A DNA stretch of 64,000 nt, taken from an uncultured Acidobacteriota bacterium (GTDB lineage Bacteria; Acidobacteriota; Thermoanaerobaculia; UBA5066). The stretch spans positions 1,312,001-1,376,000 of the forward strand of contig CAVZYA010000002.1 of assembly GCA_963779415.1 (NCBI GenBank), in the 5' to 3' direction. Made by a program: the position numbers and the translations under genes. How positions within the stretch are numbered: the stretch's first letter is position 1; each line of letters begins with the position of its first letter. Positions 40,734-51,290 of this stretch are shown here, in pieces. The notes beneath the pieces are model-generated. The model was not told where the DNA came from and did not search any database. It saw only the letters and a program-made list of their open reading frames with translations.

Positions 40734-43061
40734 GTGCCGCTTCGCCGCCTTTCCGGGCCGATCGACCGCCGCGCGGACCCGCCGACGGCGATCGTGCTCC
40801 TTGTTCTGGGAGCCCTCGTCGCGTCGCGTATTCCGGCGCTCGCGCGGTCGCCGGGGGAGATCGACGAGGCGGTCTTCGCCGGGGCGGTGACGCGATTCGA
40901 CCTCTTCCAGCTCTCTCCGCAGGGGCCGGGCTATCCGGTCTGGATACTGATCGGACGGCTGCTCCTCCCTCTTTTCGTGACGCCGTTCAACTCCCTCGCG
41001 ACGGCCTCCACGATCCTCTCCGGCGTCATGCTCCTGTCGCTCTACCTCTGGGGGAGGCGGACGGTGGGCGGATGGGCGGCTCTCGGGGCGACGGTCTTCG
41101 CCGCCGCCCTCCCCGTCGTCTGGGTCAACGGCGGGCGCGCCTTCGCCGACACGCCCGGGACCGCCTTCTGCGTTCTCGCGGCCGGACTCCTGTCGCTCGC
41201 GCTCGAGCGGCGCGGCAGCGAGCCGACGCGCTGGCGCGAGTACGTCGCGGCCCGGCGCGCCCGGATCCTCGCGGCCCTCGCGGGGCTCGCCGCGGCCGCG
41301 GGCTTCGGCGTGAGGCCCCACCTCGTCCTCGGGTTCGGGCTTCTCTTCCTCATCTATGCCGGTCGCCTTCTCTCGCGCGCGGACCGACGCGACGCCGGAG
41401 TGACGTTCCTCGGGTCGGCTCTTGCGGGATCGCTGGCCTGGATCGCCTGGCTCCTCGCCGAAGCGGGGGGACTCGACGGGTTCTGGCGGACCGTGACGGA
41501 ACGAGCCGGCTTCCGTGCCCAGGCCCTCGCGACGGGGCACGTCGGCGGGCTCCTCGACTCCTTCCTCGTCCGCGACCTCGTCTCGCCGCCGAGGGCCCTC
41601 GTCTTCTGGCTCGTGGCCGCGGCGGGCGTCGTGGCGCTCGTCAAGCGGCGAAGCCGCGCCGCGATCGATCTCGCGGCCGTTCTCCTGCCCCTCTTCGGCT
41701 CCCTCTGGTGGCTCCACAACCGGACGATGTCGCGCTACTCGGTCCCCTTCGCCCTCGTGGCGTCCCTTCTCTTCGGCGCCGGGCTCGAAGCGATCTTCCG
41801 GCGGCGGGCGATCGGGTTCCTCGCCGCGGTCGCGGCGGCCGGACTGTTCGTGGTCGGGAATGGACCCGAGGTGCTTCGTTCGGCCGAGGAGACGACGCCC
41901 CCCATGGCGGCCATCGAATACCTCGAGCGGTATACCCATCCGGGGCGCGAGACGATCGTGGCCGACGAGCCGTTCCACGCCTTTCTCCGGATGGAGATCT
42001 GGGAGGGGCGGCTCGCCGTCTGGGGGTACACGACGACGGATTTCATCTCGGGCTACGTCCAGACGAACAAGCGGTTCGTCCGGCTCGCGGACTTCACCGG
42101 AGACCCGGACCCGCAGAGCGCCAGCGACCCCGGATGGAAGACCTGGTCGAAGGGAGGGCGCGTCGCGGAGACTCTCGGAAACGGGAGGCTGCTCTTCGTC
42201 GGGGTCCGGGACCCGGCCCCGCCCCTCTTCGGCCCGGGTTTCGGCGTCACGGAGGAAGTGCCCGGCCAGCCGGCGTTTCACTGGGCAGGTCCGGAGGCGC
42301 GCCTCGTCGTCCCGGGGCTCGAGGGCCCGCCGGTGGCGCTCCTCGCGGGAGAGCGCGACGGTGAAGCCGGAGCGACGACGCTCCGCGTGAGGGAGGCGGA
42401 GACGGGCGCGACCGTCCTCACCCGGGTCCTGGCGCCCGGGCCCTTCGAGCTCGCGATCGTCCCTCGGACGATCGTCGGACCGCTCCCGAAGCCGGTCGTC
42501 TACATCCTCTCCTGCGACCGACCGGTTCCGTTGCCGAAGATCGAAGGAGCCGAGCGGCCGGCGCTCGGCTGCTTCCGTATCCTCGAGTCGACCTTTTCGG
42601 TCCCTCCGGAGAAGCTCTGGGCGCGCCGCGGAGAGCGGTACGAGCTGGACGTAGGGGGACCGTCCGACGGGCGTGCGGGCCTTTCGGGCTTCCACGCGCG
42701 GGAGCGGAACGAGAAGACGGGTCTCGAGATGCGCTGGACCTCCGGGGAGGCGACCGCGATCTTCTCCCCCGTCGCCGGGTTCGTCCCCCGGCGCCTCCTT
42801 CTGCGAGTCCGCCCGCCGGACGGAGACGCCGTTTCCGTCCGGGTCTCCGTCGCGGGCGTCGCCTGCGGGGAGATCCTCGTCCCACCCGGCGAGTTCGAGG
42901 AGCGGCGGCTGGATCTCCCCGAAGCGGCTCGCTCCGCCTTCCGGGGCGCCGATCCGATCCTCCTCTCCCTCGCGTCGCCCACGTGGGTGCCCAGGCTCGC
43001 GGGGAAAGGGGACGACGACCGCCCGCTCGGTGTCGGGCTGACCCGGATCAGCCTCGAGTAG
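40734..43061 (+). CDS. GT-C-like membrane glycosyltransferase with C-terminal soluble domains
   Basis: DE..F, P..PGYP, many TMs and C-terminal RWT.G...D.R.LGV. Confidence 0.7.
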   Translation: MPLRRLSGPIDRRADPPTAIVLLVLGALVASRIPALARSPGEIDEAVFAGAVTRFDLFQLSPQGPGYPVWILIGRLLLPLFVTPFNSLATASTILSGVMLLSLYLWGRRTVGGWAALGATVFAAALPVVWVNGGRAFADTPGTAFCVLAAGLLSLALERRGSEPTRWREYVAARRARILAALAGLAAAAGFGVRPHLVLGFGLLFLIYAGRLLSRADRRDAGVTFLGSALAGSLAWIAWLLAEAGGLDGFWRTVTERAGFRAQALATGHVGGLLDSFLVRDLVSPPRALVFWLVAAAGVVALVKRRSRAAIDLAAVLLPLFGSLWWLHNRTMSRYSVPFALVASLLFGAGLEAIFRRRAIGFLAAVAAAGLFVVGNGPEVLRSAEETTPPMAAIEYLERYTHPGRETIVADEPFHAFLRMEIWEGRLAVWGYTTTDFISGYVQTNKRFVRLADFTGDPDPQSASDPGWKTWSKGGRVAETLGNGRLLFVGVRDPAPPLFGPGFGVTEEVPGQPAFHWAGPEARLVVPGLEGPPVALLAGERDGEAGATTLRVREAETGATVLTRVLAPGPFELAIVPRTIVGPLPKPVVYILSCDRPVPLPKIEGAERPALGCFRILESTFSVPPEKLWARRGERYELDVGGPSDGRAGLSGFHARERNEKTGLEMRWTSGEATAIFSPVAGFVPRRLLLRVRPPDGDAVSVRVSVAGVACGEILVPPGEFEERRLDLPEAARSAFRGADPILLSLASPTWVPRLAGKGDDDRPLGVGLTRISLE

Positions 43062-43329
43062 AGCGGTCGCGAAGGGCGTCGCGGGCAACGGCGGCGAAGG
43101 CGCAAAGGACGAGAAGAACGCCCGCGAGCGCGAGGGCGGTCTCGCCCCACGAGAGCGTCGACAGGCGATCGGACCAGAGCCCGATTCCGAACCCCGTCAG
43201 GAGGATCGCGCCTGCGTAAAGGAGGAGAAAGAGCCGCGCCTTCCGGAAAAGGGCTCGCCGGAGAGCCGGGAAGAGCACGAGAAGGAGGGGCGCCCCGGCG
43301 AGGAGAAGAAGGAGCGCCGCCCGCTTCAT
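43048..43329 (-). CDS. Small membrane protein
   Basis: Three hydrophobic segments; follows the permease gene. Confidence 0.55.
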   Translation of the reverse strand: MKRAALLLLLAGAPLLLVLFPALRRALFRKARLFLLLYAGAILLTGFGIGLWSDRLSTLSWGETALALAGVLLVLCAFAAVARDALRDRSTRG

Positions 43330-43354
43330 CCCGTGGTCCGGGGCCCCACCTCCA

Positions 43355-44878
43355 TCAGGAGGCCTTCGCCGTCAGCTTCGAGTGCTTCCGGCTGTAAGCG
43401 AAGAAGATCACGAGGCCGATGATCAGCCAGATGACGAGCCGCGCCCATGTGTGCCAGCCGAGATTCGTCATGAGATAGAAGCAGGAGAGGGCCCCGAGAA
43501 TCGGGACGAGCGGCACGAGCGGCGTCCGGAAGGGACGGTGGGTCTCCGGATTCGTCCGCCGGAGGATGATGACCGCGAGACAGACGATGACGAAAGCGAG
43601 GAGCGTTCCGATGTTGACCATCTGGCCGAGGTCGTCGATCGGCGTGAACGCGCCGAGCAGGGCGCAGATCATCCCGACGATCCAGGTCATCTTGAAGGGG
43701 GTCCGGTGGCGTTTGTGGACTTCGCCGAACACTTTCCTCGGCAGGAGGCCGTCGCGCGACATGGCGAAGAAGACCCGTGTCTGTCCGAGGAGCATGACGA
43801 GCATGACCGAGGTGAGCCCCGCGAGCGCCCCGCCGGTGATCAGGAAGACGGCCCAGCCGAGGTGGTAGCTCTCGAAGGCTTGCGCGAGCGGGGCCTTCAG
43901 GTCGATCAGGTTCCACTTCGTCATGCCGGTCAGGACGGCCGCCACCGCGATGTAGAGGACCGTACAGATCAGCAGCGAGCCGATGATCCCGAACGGCATG
44001 TCCTTCTGGGGGTTCTTCGCCTCCTGCGCCGTCGTGGAGATGGCGTCGAAGCCGATGTAGGCGAAGAAGATGTAGGCCGCGCCCGAGGCGATCCCGGCGA
44101 AGCCGTTCGGAGCGAAGTCGGACCAGCTGGCACCCCAGTTCACCGGCTTCACGAAGAAGGCGCCGACGAGGATCACCATGACGACGACCGAAGTCTTGAT
44201 AGCCACGATGCTGGAGTTGAATCGCGCCGATTCCTGGATGCCGACGGCGAGGACCGACGTCACGAGGAGCGCGACGAGGAGGGCGAGAAGGTTGAAGACG
44301 ATCGGGATCCCGAAGAGTTCGGGAGGGGCAGGCCAGGCGTGCCCGTCCGCCACCGCCGCCGCGGCGGCACGGCTGTAGGTGATCCAGTCGTTCGTGAGCC
44401 ACTCCGGAAGGTGGACCCCGAACAGCTTCAGGAACTTCGTGAGGTATCCCGACCACCCGACCGAGACCGTGGCCGCCCCCATCATGTACTCGAGGACGAG
44501 ATCCCATCCGATGATCCACGCGAACAGTTCGCCGAGCGTCGCGTAGGCGTAGGTGTACGCCGAGCCGGCGAGCGGGATCATCGACGCGAACTCCGCGTAG
44601 CAGAGGCCGGCGAAGACGCACGCGATCCCCGAGAGGACGAACGAGAGGACGAGCGCGGGGCCCGCCCCGAGAATCTTCACCGTGCCGTCGGCGTTCATGG
44701 AGCCGTGCGCTCCGATCCCGGTCATGACGAAGATGCCGGCGCCGATGATGGCGCCGATGCCGATCGCGACGAGCGACCAGCGTCCCAGTGCGCGTTTCAG
44801 GCTCTGCTCGCCCTCCTCGACGCTCTCCGCGAGGAGATCGGCAATCGGCTTGACGGCGAAGAGGGAGTTTCGGGACAC
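43355..44878 (-). CDS. APC-family amino acid permease
   Basis: GAIIGAGIF, GSAYTY, FFAYIGFD and RDGLLP. Confidence 0.92.
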   Translation of the reverse strand: MSRNSLFAVKPIADLLAESVEEGEQSLKRALGRWSLVAIGIGAIIGAGIFVMTGIGAHGSMNADGTVKILGAGPALVLSFVLSGIACVFAGLCYAEFASMIPLAGSAYTYAYATLGELFAWIIGWDLVLEYMMGAATVSVGWSGYLTKFLKLFGVHLPEWLTNDWITYSRAAAAAVADGHAWPAPPELFGIPIVFNLLALLVALLVTSVLAVGIQESARFNSSIVAIKTSVVVMVILVGAFFVKPVNWGASWSDFAPNGFAGIASGAAYIFFAYIGFDAISTTAQEAKNPQKDMPFGIIGSLLICTVLYIAVAAVLTGMTKWNLIDLKAPLAQAFESYHLGWAVFLITGGALAGLTSVMLVMLLGQTRVFFAMSRDGLLPRKVFGEVHKRHRTPFKMTWIVGMICALLGAFTPIDDLGQMVNIGTLLAFVIVCLAVIILRRTNPETHRPFRTPLVPLVPILGALSCFYLMTNLGWHTWARLVIWLIIGLVIFFAYSRKHSKLTAKAS

Positions 44879-44968
44879 GCTTCGACCTCCGCTACCCGCG
44901 TTTCCGGCTTTCCGGGACCGGGAGACGATAACACCACGCGCATAGAATCAAGACCGGAAGGAGCGCGA

Positions 44969-45547
44969 ATGAGCAGTCCCGAGACACCGGTCCTCCCGCT
45001 TTCGGCGATCGCCGAAAAGTTCCGGTCGAAGGTGAAGACGTATCCGGCGAAGACGAACCTCGAAGGCGTGAAGGTGCTCCGTCTCGCCCGGCACGTCGAC
45101 GACCGCGGATTTTTCCAGGAGATCTACCGGGCGAAGGCGGACGCCCCGGGGAGCGAGGCCCTCGCGGATTTCTTCCACGGCTTGCCGGTGGCCCAGATGA
45201 ACTACACGATCGTGGATGCCCCCGACCACGTCAAGGGGCTCCACTACCACCTCAAGCAGCGGGACGTCTGGTTCTGCCCGCACCCGTCCAAGGCGAAGTT
45301 CGTCCTCCTCGACGTCCGAAAGGCGTCGCCGACGTTCGGAAAGAGCCAGGTGATCGTGGCCGGGGACGGACTGGACCTCCTCGTCGGGATCCCCGAGGGG
45401 GTCGCCCACGGATACCGTCCGCTGACGAATCCCTGCGCCCTCTTCTACATCGTCACGCGGACCTTCGATGCGAAGGACCCCGACGAGTACCGGATCGCGT
45501 GGGACCATCCGGCGGTGAAGGACCTCTGGGACGTGCCGAACGGCTGA
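44969..45547 (+). CDS. RmlC-like (dTDP-4-dehydrorhamnose 3,5-epimerase family) cupin
   Basis: DDRGFF.E, KGLHYH, D.RK.SPTFG and IPEGVAHGY. Confidence 0.8.
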   Translation: MSSPETPVLPLSAIAEKFRSKVKTYPAKTNLEGVKVLRLARHVDDRGFFQEIYRAKADAPGSEALADFFHGLPVAQMNYTIVDAPDHVKGLHYHLKQRDVWFCPHPSKAKFVLLDVRKASPTFGKSQVIVAGDGLDLLVGIPEGVAHGYRPLTNPCALFYIVTRTFDAKDPDEYRIAWDHPAVKDLWDVPNG

Positions 45548-45562
45548 TTGGCCGGCTGGGTG

Positions 45563-47963
45563 TCAGCTCGGGGAGGGGATTCCGAGCTTCTTCACGAGCG
45601 CCACGAAGCGGGGATCGCCGCGGATCGGGTCGAATCCGCGTTCGACGTTGAGGTAGACGAGCCGCCCCGCCCCCTCGTCGTAGGCCCGCTCCAGCGCGTC
45701 GAGCGCCTCCTTCCGGCGGTCGAGGCCGAGATTCAGGATCGCGACGGGCAACGCCGAGACGAACTCCTTCGCGCTCGCCCGTTCGAGCTCCCCGAGGAGC
45801 GCCTCGGCCTCGGCGCGCTTCCCCGTCCGGGCGAGGCCGAATCCGAGGAAGGCGAGCGCGTCGGGGTTCCGGTCCGAGATCTTGACCAGGGTCCGCCACT
45901 CGGCGATCGCCTCGTCCGGCTTCCCGAGCCTCAGGTTCGCGAGACCGAGGTAGGCGTGCCCCAGCCGTAGCCCGGCTCGATCTTCAGCGCCCGGCTGAGC
46001 CCCTCGTGGGCGGTTTCGTTGTCCCCCTGCCAGTACGAGGCGAGCGCGGCGTCCACCGCCACGACGTGGCTCAACGGGTCAAGCTCCTTGCCCGGCGGAT
46101 CCGCTCGAGCGCCTCCGTGTGGCGTCCCGCGGCGGAGAGGAGGTTCGAGTACCACTGCAGCGTCTGGACGTCGTTCGGATTCAGCTCGAGAGCGCGGCGG
46201 AACTCCGTTTCGGCGCGGGACCAGTCGTGCTCGTACTGGTAGGAGAGGTCCGCAAGGGAGGCGTGGGCGCTCGCGAGCGAGGGGTCGATCCGGAGGGCGC
46301 GCTCGGCGGCTTCGCGCTGGCGAGGGAAGACCTCGCGTGGCGGAAGCGCACCGTAATAAGCAATGAGATTCCACGTGTCCGCGAGGCCCAGCCAGGCCAC
46401 CGCTTCGTTCGGGTCGCGGGAGAGCGCCTCCTGGAAGAGCCGGACCGCCTTTTCGAAGCCGTCCGCGCTTCGACGGGAGAGCGCGTAGCGTCCCCGGAGG
46501 CAGAGGTCCCACGCCACGGCGTCGTGAGGAGGTCCGACGACCCGCTTCTCCTCCTCGCCGGTGAGGCGCGGGCGAATGGAGCGCGCGATCTGCCGGGCGA
46601 TCTCCGACTCGGCCGTCACCCGGTCGTTCGGCCGGTCGACGATCCGTTCCCCCCAGATCTGCGCGCCGCTCCGGACGTCGATGAAATCGGCCTGCACGAC
46701 GAGATCGGCGCCGCGACGCATCAGCCGGCCGGTGACGACGGCCTGGACGCCGAGGTCGCGCCCCGAGCGCTGAGGGTCGGCCGGGCCGGCGCCCCGCGAT
46801 CCGGACGGGAGCGACTTGACCGTGAGGCGCGGAAGTGTCGAGAGGCTGTTGCGCAGGGAGTCCCCGATCCCGTCGGAGAGGTAGTCGTCCTCGCGGTTCC
46901 CCGTCTCGTTCGCAAAGGGGAGGACGGCGAGTGACACGATGCTCTCGCGGTGTGGCCCGCGGAGGGCGACGAAGAGGAGAGCGCCCGCGGCCGAAGCGAA
47001 GAGGACTCCCCCCACGAGCGTCCGGCGGCGCGGAAGGACGCGCGTCGGCGCCGCCGGAGGCGGTGCGGGGCGGGAGGGAGCGGGCGTCGGGTGCGGGCTC
47101 TCCCCGTGCGGCGGCGTGGCGAGCGCGACCCGGAGGGTGAACGCAAGGTCCCCGGCCGTCTGGAAGCGGCGGTCGGGCGATTTCTCGAGACAGCGGAGGA
47201 TGAGGAGACGGACTTCCTCGGGGAGGCCGGGGGCGAGATCGGCCGGGTCGGTCGCGTCGTGCCGGAGCGTCGCCGTCAGCGCTTCGGCCGCGGTCTCGCC
47301 GGAGAAGGCGCGTTTTCCCGTCACCATCTCGTAGAGGACGCAGCCGAGGGAGAAGATGTCGGACCGGCCATCGACGGGCTTGTGGCGGATCTGCTCCGGC
47401 GAGACGAAGCCCGGGGTCCCCACGAGCGCGTCCGTGGCCGTCAGCTCCGTCGAGCCGAGCGTCACGCCGTCGACGACGGACCCGGAAGAGACGGTCGCGA
47501 TTCCGAAGTCGAGGATCTTCACCCGGCCGTCGGACGTGAGAAAGATGTTCGAGGGCTTGACGTCGCGGTGGACGACGCCGCGGGCGTGGGCGGCCGCGAG
47601 GCCGTCGGCGGCGGCGAGGCCGAACTCGACGGCCTTCCGCCAGGGGAGCGGGCCGGACTTGAGCCGCTCCGAGAGCGATTCCCCTTCGAGCAGCTCCGTG
47701 ACGGCGTACGAGATCCCGGCCGCCTCGCCGACGTCGTGAATGTCGAGGAGGTTCGGATGAGAGAGCGCGGCGATAGCCCGGGCCTCGACCTCGAAGCGCG
47801 CGCGGGCGGTCGGATCGGTCGCGAGCCCTTCCGGGAGGACTTTGACCGCCACTTCCCGTCCGAGCCGGAGGTCGCGGGCGCGGTAAACCTCGCCCATTCC
47901 CCCCGCGCCGAGGGGGGCGAGGACCTCATACGCCCCAAGGCGTGTTCCCTCGCGAAGCGGCAA
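45563..47963 (-). CDS. Ser/Thr protein kinase - TM - TolB-N-like - TPR protein; frameshifts near 46090 and 45950
   Basis: [30 protein letters not shown] and TPRs ending DPRFVALVKKLG. Confidence 0.85.
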
Positions 47964-48010
47964 CGCTCTCTCCCGGACGAAGTCGAACGATTGTAGCCCC
48001 GCGTCCCGTG

Positions 48011-49306
48011 TCAGAAGGTCTTCGTGAAGGAGAACCAGAAGGCGTTCCGGCCCCGCGTAATACTCTCGCCGCTCAGGCTCTCGAGGTCGAAGTTCCTCTC
48101 GAAGAAGATCTCGAGGGCGCTGGACCAGAAGAACCCGCTCGTGACGCCGGCGGCGACGCCGTTCAGCCATCCCGTTCGTGCCGCCACCGTACCGTCCGGC
48201 ATCAGGCGCGGGCGGTCGACGCGCGCCACAGTCCCGCGGACCGAGAGGAAGAGGAAGAGGAGCGCCTCGAAGCGGTACTCCAGGCTCGCGAGGGCGTAGC
48301 CGCGGGAGACGATCTCGTCGAGCGCGGCGGCCGGGATGACCGGTCGGGCGAGCGTCTCGGCGTCGCCGGCGTTCGACCCGCCGGAGAGGCGGAACGCCGA
48401 GAAGCGGTCGAGATTCGAGCCGGTTCCCGCCCAGCCCCCGAGGACGAGGCGATGACGCTCGCCCGGGACGAAGGGGACGGGCACGGCGGCCATCACGAAC
48501 CCGCGGATCGAGGTCCAGGAGGCGGTATCGGAGCCGCGGAGGGATCCGGAAGCCGGGTCTCCCCACTCCTGCCAGCCGGCGCGGTGCGCCGCGATCGCGT
48601 CGAGCCCGGCGCCCCATCCGGAGTGGGGAAGCTCGAGGAGGTTCCGCTGGAACGAGTCGGCGTGGAACCGGAGGTGGCCGCGCCCCTCGTAAACGTCCGC
48701 CGGCGGGACGAACGACGGATCGGTCCTCTCCCCGGCCGAGAAGAAGAGGCCGCCGGCTTCGTACGTCAGAGCGACTTCCGCGACGTTCTCGGGGTGGAAC
48801 GGGGTGACCGCGATCCGCCAGCCGAGCCCGAGGCCCGCGCGCACCGTCCCCCACTTCATCTCCTCCGCGGAGAGACGCGCGCCGTCCACGTACTCCGATC
48901 GCGCCCAGGGGATCGTGACGTTCTCGAACGTGGCGACGACGTCGAATGCCGGCGCGATCCGCCGGCTGTATCGGACGTCGTCGTAGATGCCGAGGAACTC
49001 GCCCCGGAAGCGGGTGAGACCGGACTGGGGATAGCGCCAGAGGAGCAGGGTGGCGGCCGGCGAAAGAATCTCGCCGCCCGGGGCGTCCGGGGCCCACTCG
49101 AGGCCGGCGTAGGCCTCCGTTACGCGGTGACGGTCCCGCGCGGGGACGTCGATTGTCGTCCCGAAGAGGGTGACGGTGCAGGCCTCCCCGGCGAGCGGCG
49201 TCCGGCGCTCGTCGGCGCGGGCCTGCAGGCCGGCAAGAAGGAGAAAGAGTGGCAGGAGCCGTCCTGCCCGCCGCGTCATTACGCGCGTCCGGGAGAGTCG
49301 CATCAT
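48011..49306 (-). CDS. Putative outer-membrane beta-barrel protein
   Basis: Signal peptide, amphipathic strands and C-terminal AFWFSFTKTF. Confidence 0.6.
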   Translation of the reverse strand: MMRLSRTRVMTRRAGRLLPLFLLLAGLQARADERRTPLAGEACTVTLFGTTIDVPARDRHRVTEAYAGLEWAPDAPGGEILSPAATLLLWRYPQSGLTRFRGEFLGIYDDVRYSRRIAPAFDVVATFENVTIPWARSEYVDGARLSAEEMKWGTVRAGLGLGWRIAVTPFHPENVAEVALTYEAGGLFFSAGERTDPSFVPPADVYEGRGHLRFHADSFQRNLLELPHSGWGAGLDAIAAHRAGWQEWGDPASGSLRGSDTASWTSIRGFVMAAVPVPFVPGERHRLVLGGWAGTGSNLDRFSAFRLSGGSNAGDAETLARPVIPAAALDEIVSRGYALASLEYRFEALLFLFLSVRGTVARVDRPRLMPDGTVAARTGWLNGVAAGVTSGFFWSSALEIFFERNFDLESLSGESITRGRNAFWFSFTKTF

Positions 49307-49397
49307 GAGTGCCGACCTCCGGAAAGCATCATGGTCCCGGGCTGCCCCTGAAGTCTCAGGTTTTTTACAGGAATCCTCTGGTAGATTTCAATTGTCC

Positions 49398-50063
49398 GTG
49401 CGCTGGCGATTCGGCGATTGCGTCCTCGACGGGGAGAGCCGGGAGCTGCTCCGGCAGGGAAGCCCCGTCCCTCTCTCTCCCAAGGCGTTCCACCTCCTCG
49501 AGCTTCTCCTCGAAAAGCGCCCGAAGGCGCTCTCGAAGGACGAGCTGAAGGACGCCCTCTGGCCCGACACGTTCGTCGTCGAGACGAACCTCGCGAATCT
49601 CGCGGCCGAGGTGCGCGAGGCGATCGGCGAGAAGGGGGAGCGGGACGGCCGTCTCCGGACCGTCCACGGCTTCGGTTACGCGTTCTCGGGCGAAGCCGTG
49701 GAGGAGCGCCGAGCGGCGGCTCCCGCCCCGCGAAGCTTCTGCGCCTTCGAGCGCGACGGACACCGCCTTCCGCTCCACGAAGGCGAGAACATTCTCGGGC
49801 GCGACCCGGCGGCCGACGTCGTCCTCGACGACGACACCGTCTCCCGCCGTCACGCGCGGGTCGTCGTGGCGGCTGGCTCGGCGGTCCTTTCGGACCTCGG
49901 GAGCAAGAACGGAACGTATCTCCGGGGCCGCCGCCTCGAGGAGACCGCGGAGCTGACGGACCGGGACGAGATTCTCGTCGGCTCCGTCCTCCTCGTCTTC
50001 TCGGCGCCCGACCCGGACCGCCCCACGGCCACGCGGACCGACCGGCCCGCGCCGGAAGGCTGA
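49398..50063 (+). CDS. OmpR-type winged-helix + FHA domain regulator
   Basis: RWRFGDC.LD...REL, LRTVHGFGY.F; FHA motifs GR, SR.HA and S.NGT. Confidence 0.88.
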   Translation: MRWRFGDCVLDGESRELLRQGSPVPLSPKAFHLLELLLEKRPKALSKDELKDALWPDTFVVETNLANLAAEVREAIGEKGERDGRLRTVHGFGYAFSGEAVEERRAAAPAPRSFCAFERDGHRLPLHEGENILGRDPAADVVLDDDTVSRRHARVVVAAGSAVLSDLGSKNGTYLRGRRLEETAELTDRDEILVGSVLLVFSAPDPDRPTATRTDRPAPEG

Positions 50064-50101
50064 GGAGCCCTCAGCTCGCACCTCGGATCGTCCTTCTGGC
50101 A

Positions 50102-50255
50102 GCCTAACTCCCTCGGAAGAAGCGGGAAGCCGCGAGCGTAAACTCGGGTGCGGAAAAAGGGTTCCCATGAACCTGTTCGTCAACGCTCGCCGGGATAGGC
50201 TGCAGCCAGCGCAGCCCAAGCACTTTCCCTCCCGGCGGCCGAATACTTGTTAGGC
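50102..50255 (+). other. attC-like recombination site
   Basis: GCCTAAC (RYYYAAC) at 50102 and complementary GTTAGGC (GTTRRRY) at 50249; internal stems CGCCGGGA/TCCCGGCG and GGCTGC/GCAGCC. Confidence 0.55.
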
Positions 50256-50274
50256 GCCCGCAGAAAGGCCCTCT

Positions 50275-50685
50275 ATGCGTCACACCGCTTGGTACTCTCG
50301 CTTTGCAACTACGGCGTCACGCTTCTGCGGCCGACCCCGCGTGTTCGCCCTAGCGGTTGGCGTCATTGCCGCCTGGATAGCCACCGGGCCCGTCTTCGGC
50401 TTCAGTGACACCTGGCAGCTCGTCATCAACACGGGCACCACGATCGTCACCTTTCTCATGGTGTTTCTGATTCAGAACACGCAGACCCGCGATACCGAGG
50501 CCATCCAGGTCAAGCTCGACGAGCTCATTCGCTCAACCAAGGGCGCGCACAACGCCCTTCTTGATCTGGAGGAACTCGAGGAGGAAAGCCTCAACGCTTT
50601 CCGCACCAAGTATCAAGCCCTCGCCGCAGCGGCGAGAGCCGAGCTGGTCCATGGCATTCAGGACACCGGAACTCCAGAGCCATGA
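50275..50685 (+). CDS. Low-affinity iron permease family protein (cassette-like)
   Basis: FSDTWQLVINTGTTIVTFLMVFLIQNTQ.RD..AIQ.KLDELIR. Confidence 0.9.
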   Translation: MRHTAWYSRFATTASRFCGRPRVFALAVGVIAAWIATGPVFGFSDTWQLVINTGTTIVTFLMVFLIQNTQTRDTEAIQVKLDELIRSTKGAHNALLDLEELEEESLNAFRTKYQALAAAARAELVHGIQDTGTPEP

Positions 50686-50701
50686 GAAACGGCGCCCGAA
50701 C

Positions 50702-50749
50702 GATCGGGCACATAGGTGACACTTTAGTCCAGGGACATGGGTGACACTT
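50702..50749. mobile_element. IS481-like terminal remnant
   Basis: Two 15-bp ACAT(A/G)GGTGACACTT repeats 25 bp apart, resembling subterminal repeats of IS481-family ends. Confidence 0.5.
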
Positions 50750-50754
50750 ATCAA

Positions 50755-51213
50755 CCGTCACCTCGCCGTCGTAATGGACCGGCACTCCCGAAGGGTCGTC
50801 GGCTGGAGCCTGGGCCGGAATCGGGACGCTTTCCTCACCCGGCGTGCCCTGGCTCACGCCGTCCGATGGCGGCGCCCCTCTCCCGGCGTCACCTTCCACT
50901 GCGACCGGGGAATCGAGTACTCGGCCTTCCACCTCGGAGCCGAACTGTCCCGCCGGGGATTCGTCCAGAGCATGAATCGCCCGCGGCAAATGAACGACAA
51001 CGCCCACATGGAGTCGTTCTTTCATTCGCTGAAGACCGAGTGGCTCTTCGGGATGACGTTCCAGACGGACTCCGACCTCCGGGCGGCTCTCCTCGACTAC
51101 GTCCGCTTCTACAATCGACGGCGGCTCCATTCGTCGCTTGGGTACGTTCCTCCGGCCGTGTTCGAAGCCCAGGTCCCTATCTACAAGGGTGTCAACTAAA
51201 CCGAAGCAAGAGC
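50755..51213 (+). mobile_element. IS3-family element, 3' fragment (DDE integrase core) with right-end-like sequence
   Basis: LAVVMD..SRRVVGW, HCDRG.EY, DNA.MESFF.SLK.E, YN..R.HSSLGY.PP; followed by GTGTCAACTAAACCG. Confidence 0.85.
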
Positions 51214-51290
51214 CTATCGTTAGACGGCACCGAACCTTGCAAACGTCGACCCACTACCTCCGTGTGCGCGATCCCTGGGTACGATGAACT

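Noticed and set aside
46071-49097. 1008-aa kinase with long N-terminal extension; likewise the 1147-aa (12725) and 1238-aa (34911) ORFs
   Set aside because: The extensions are out-of-frame read-through across upstream genes; motif-supported starts are 47963, 14648 and 35283.
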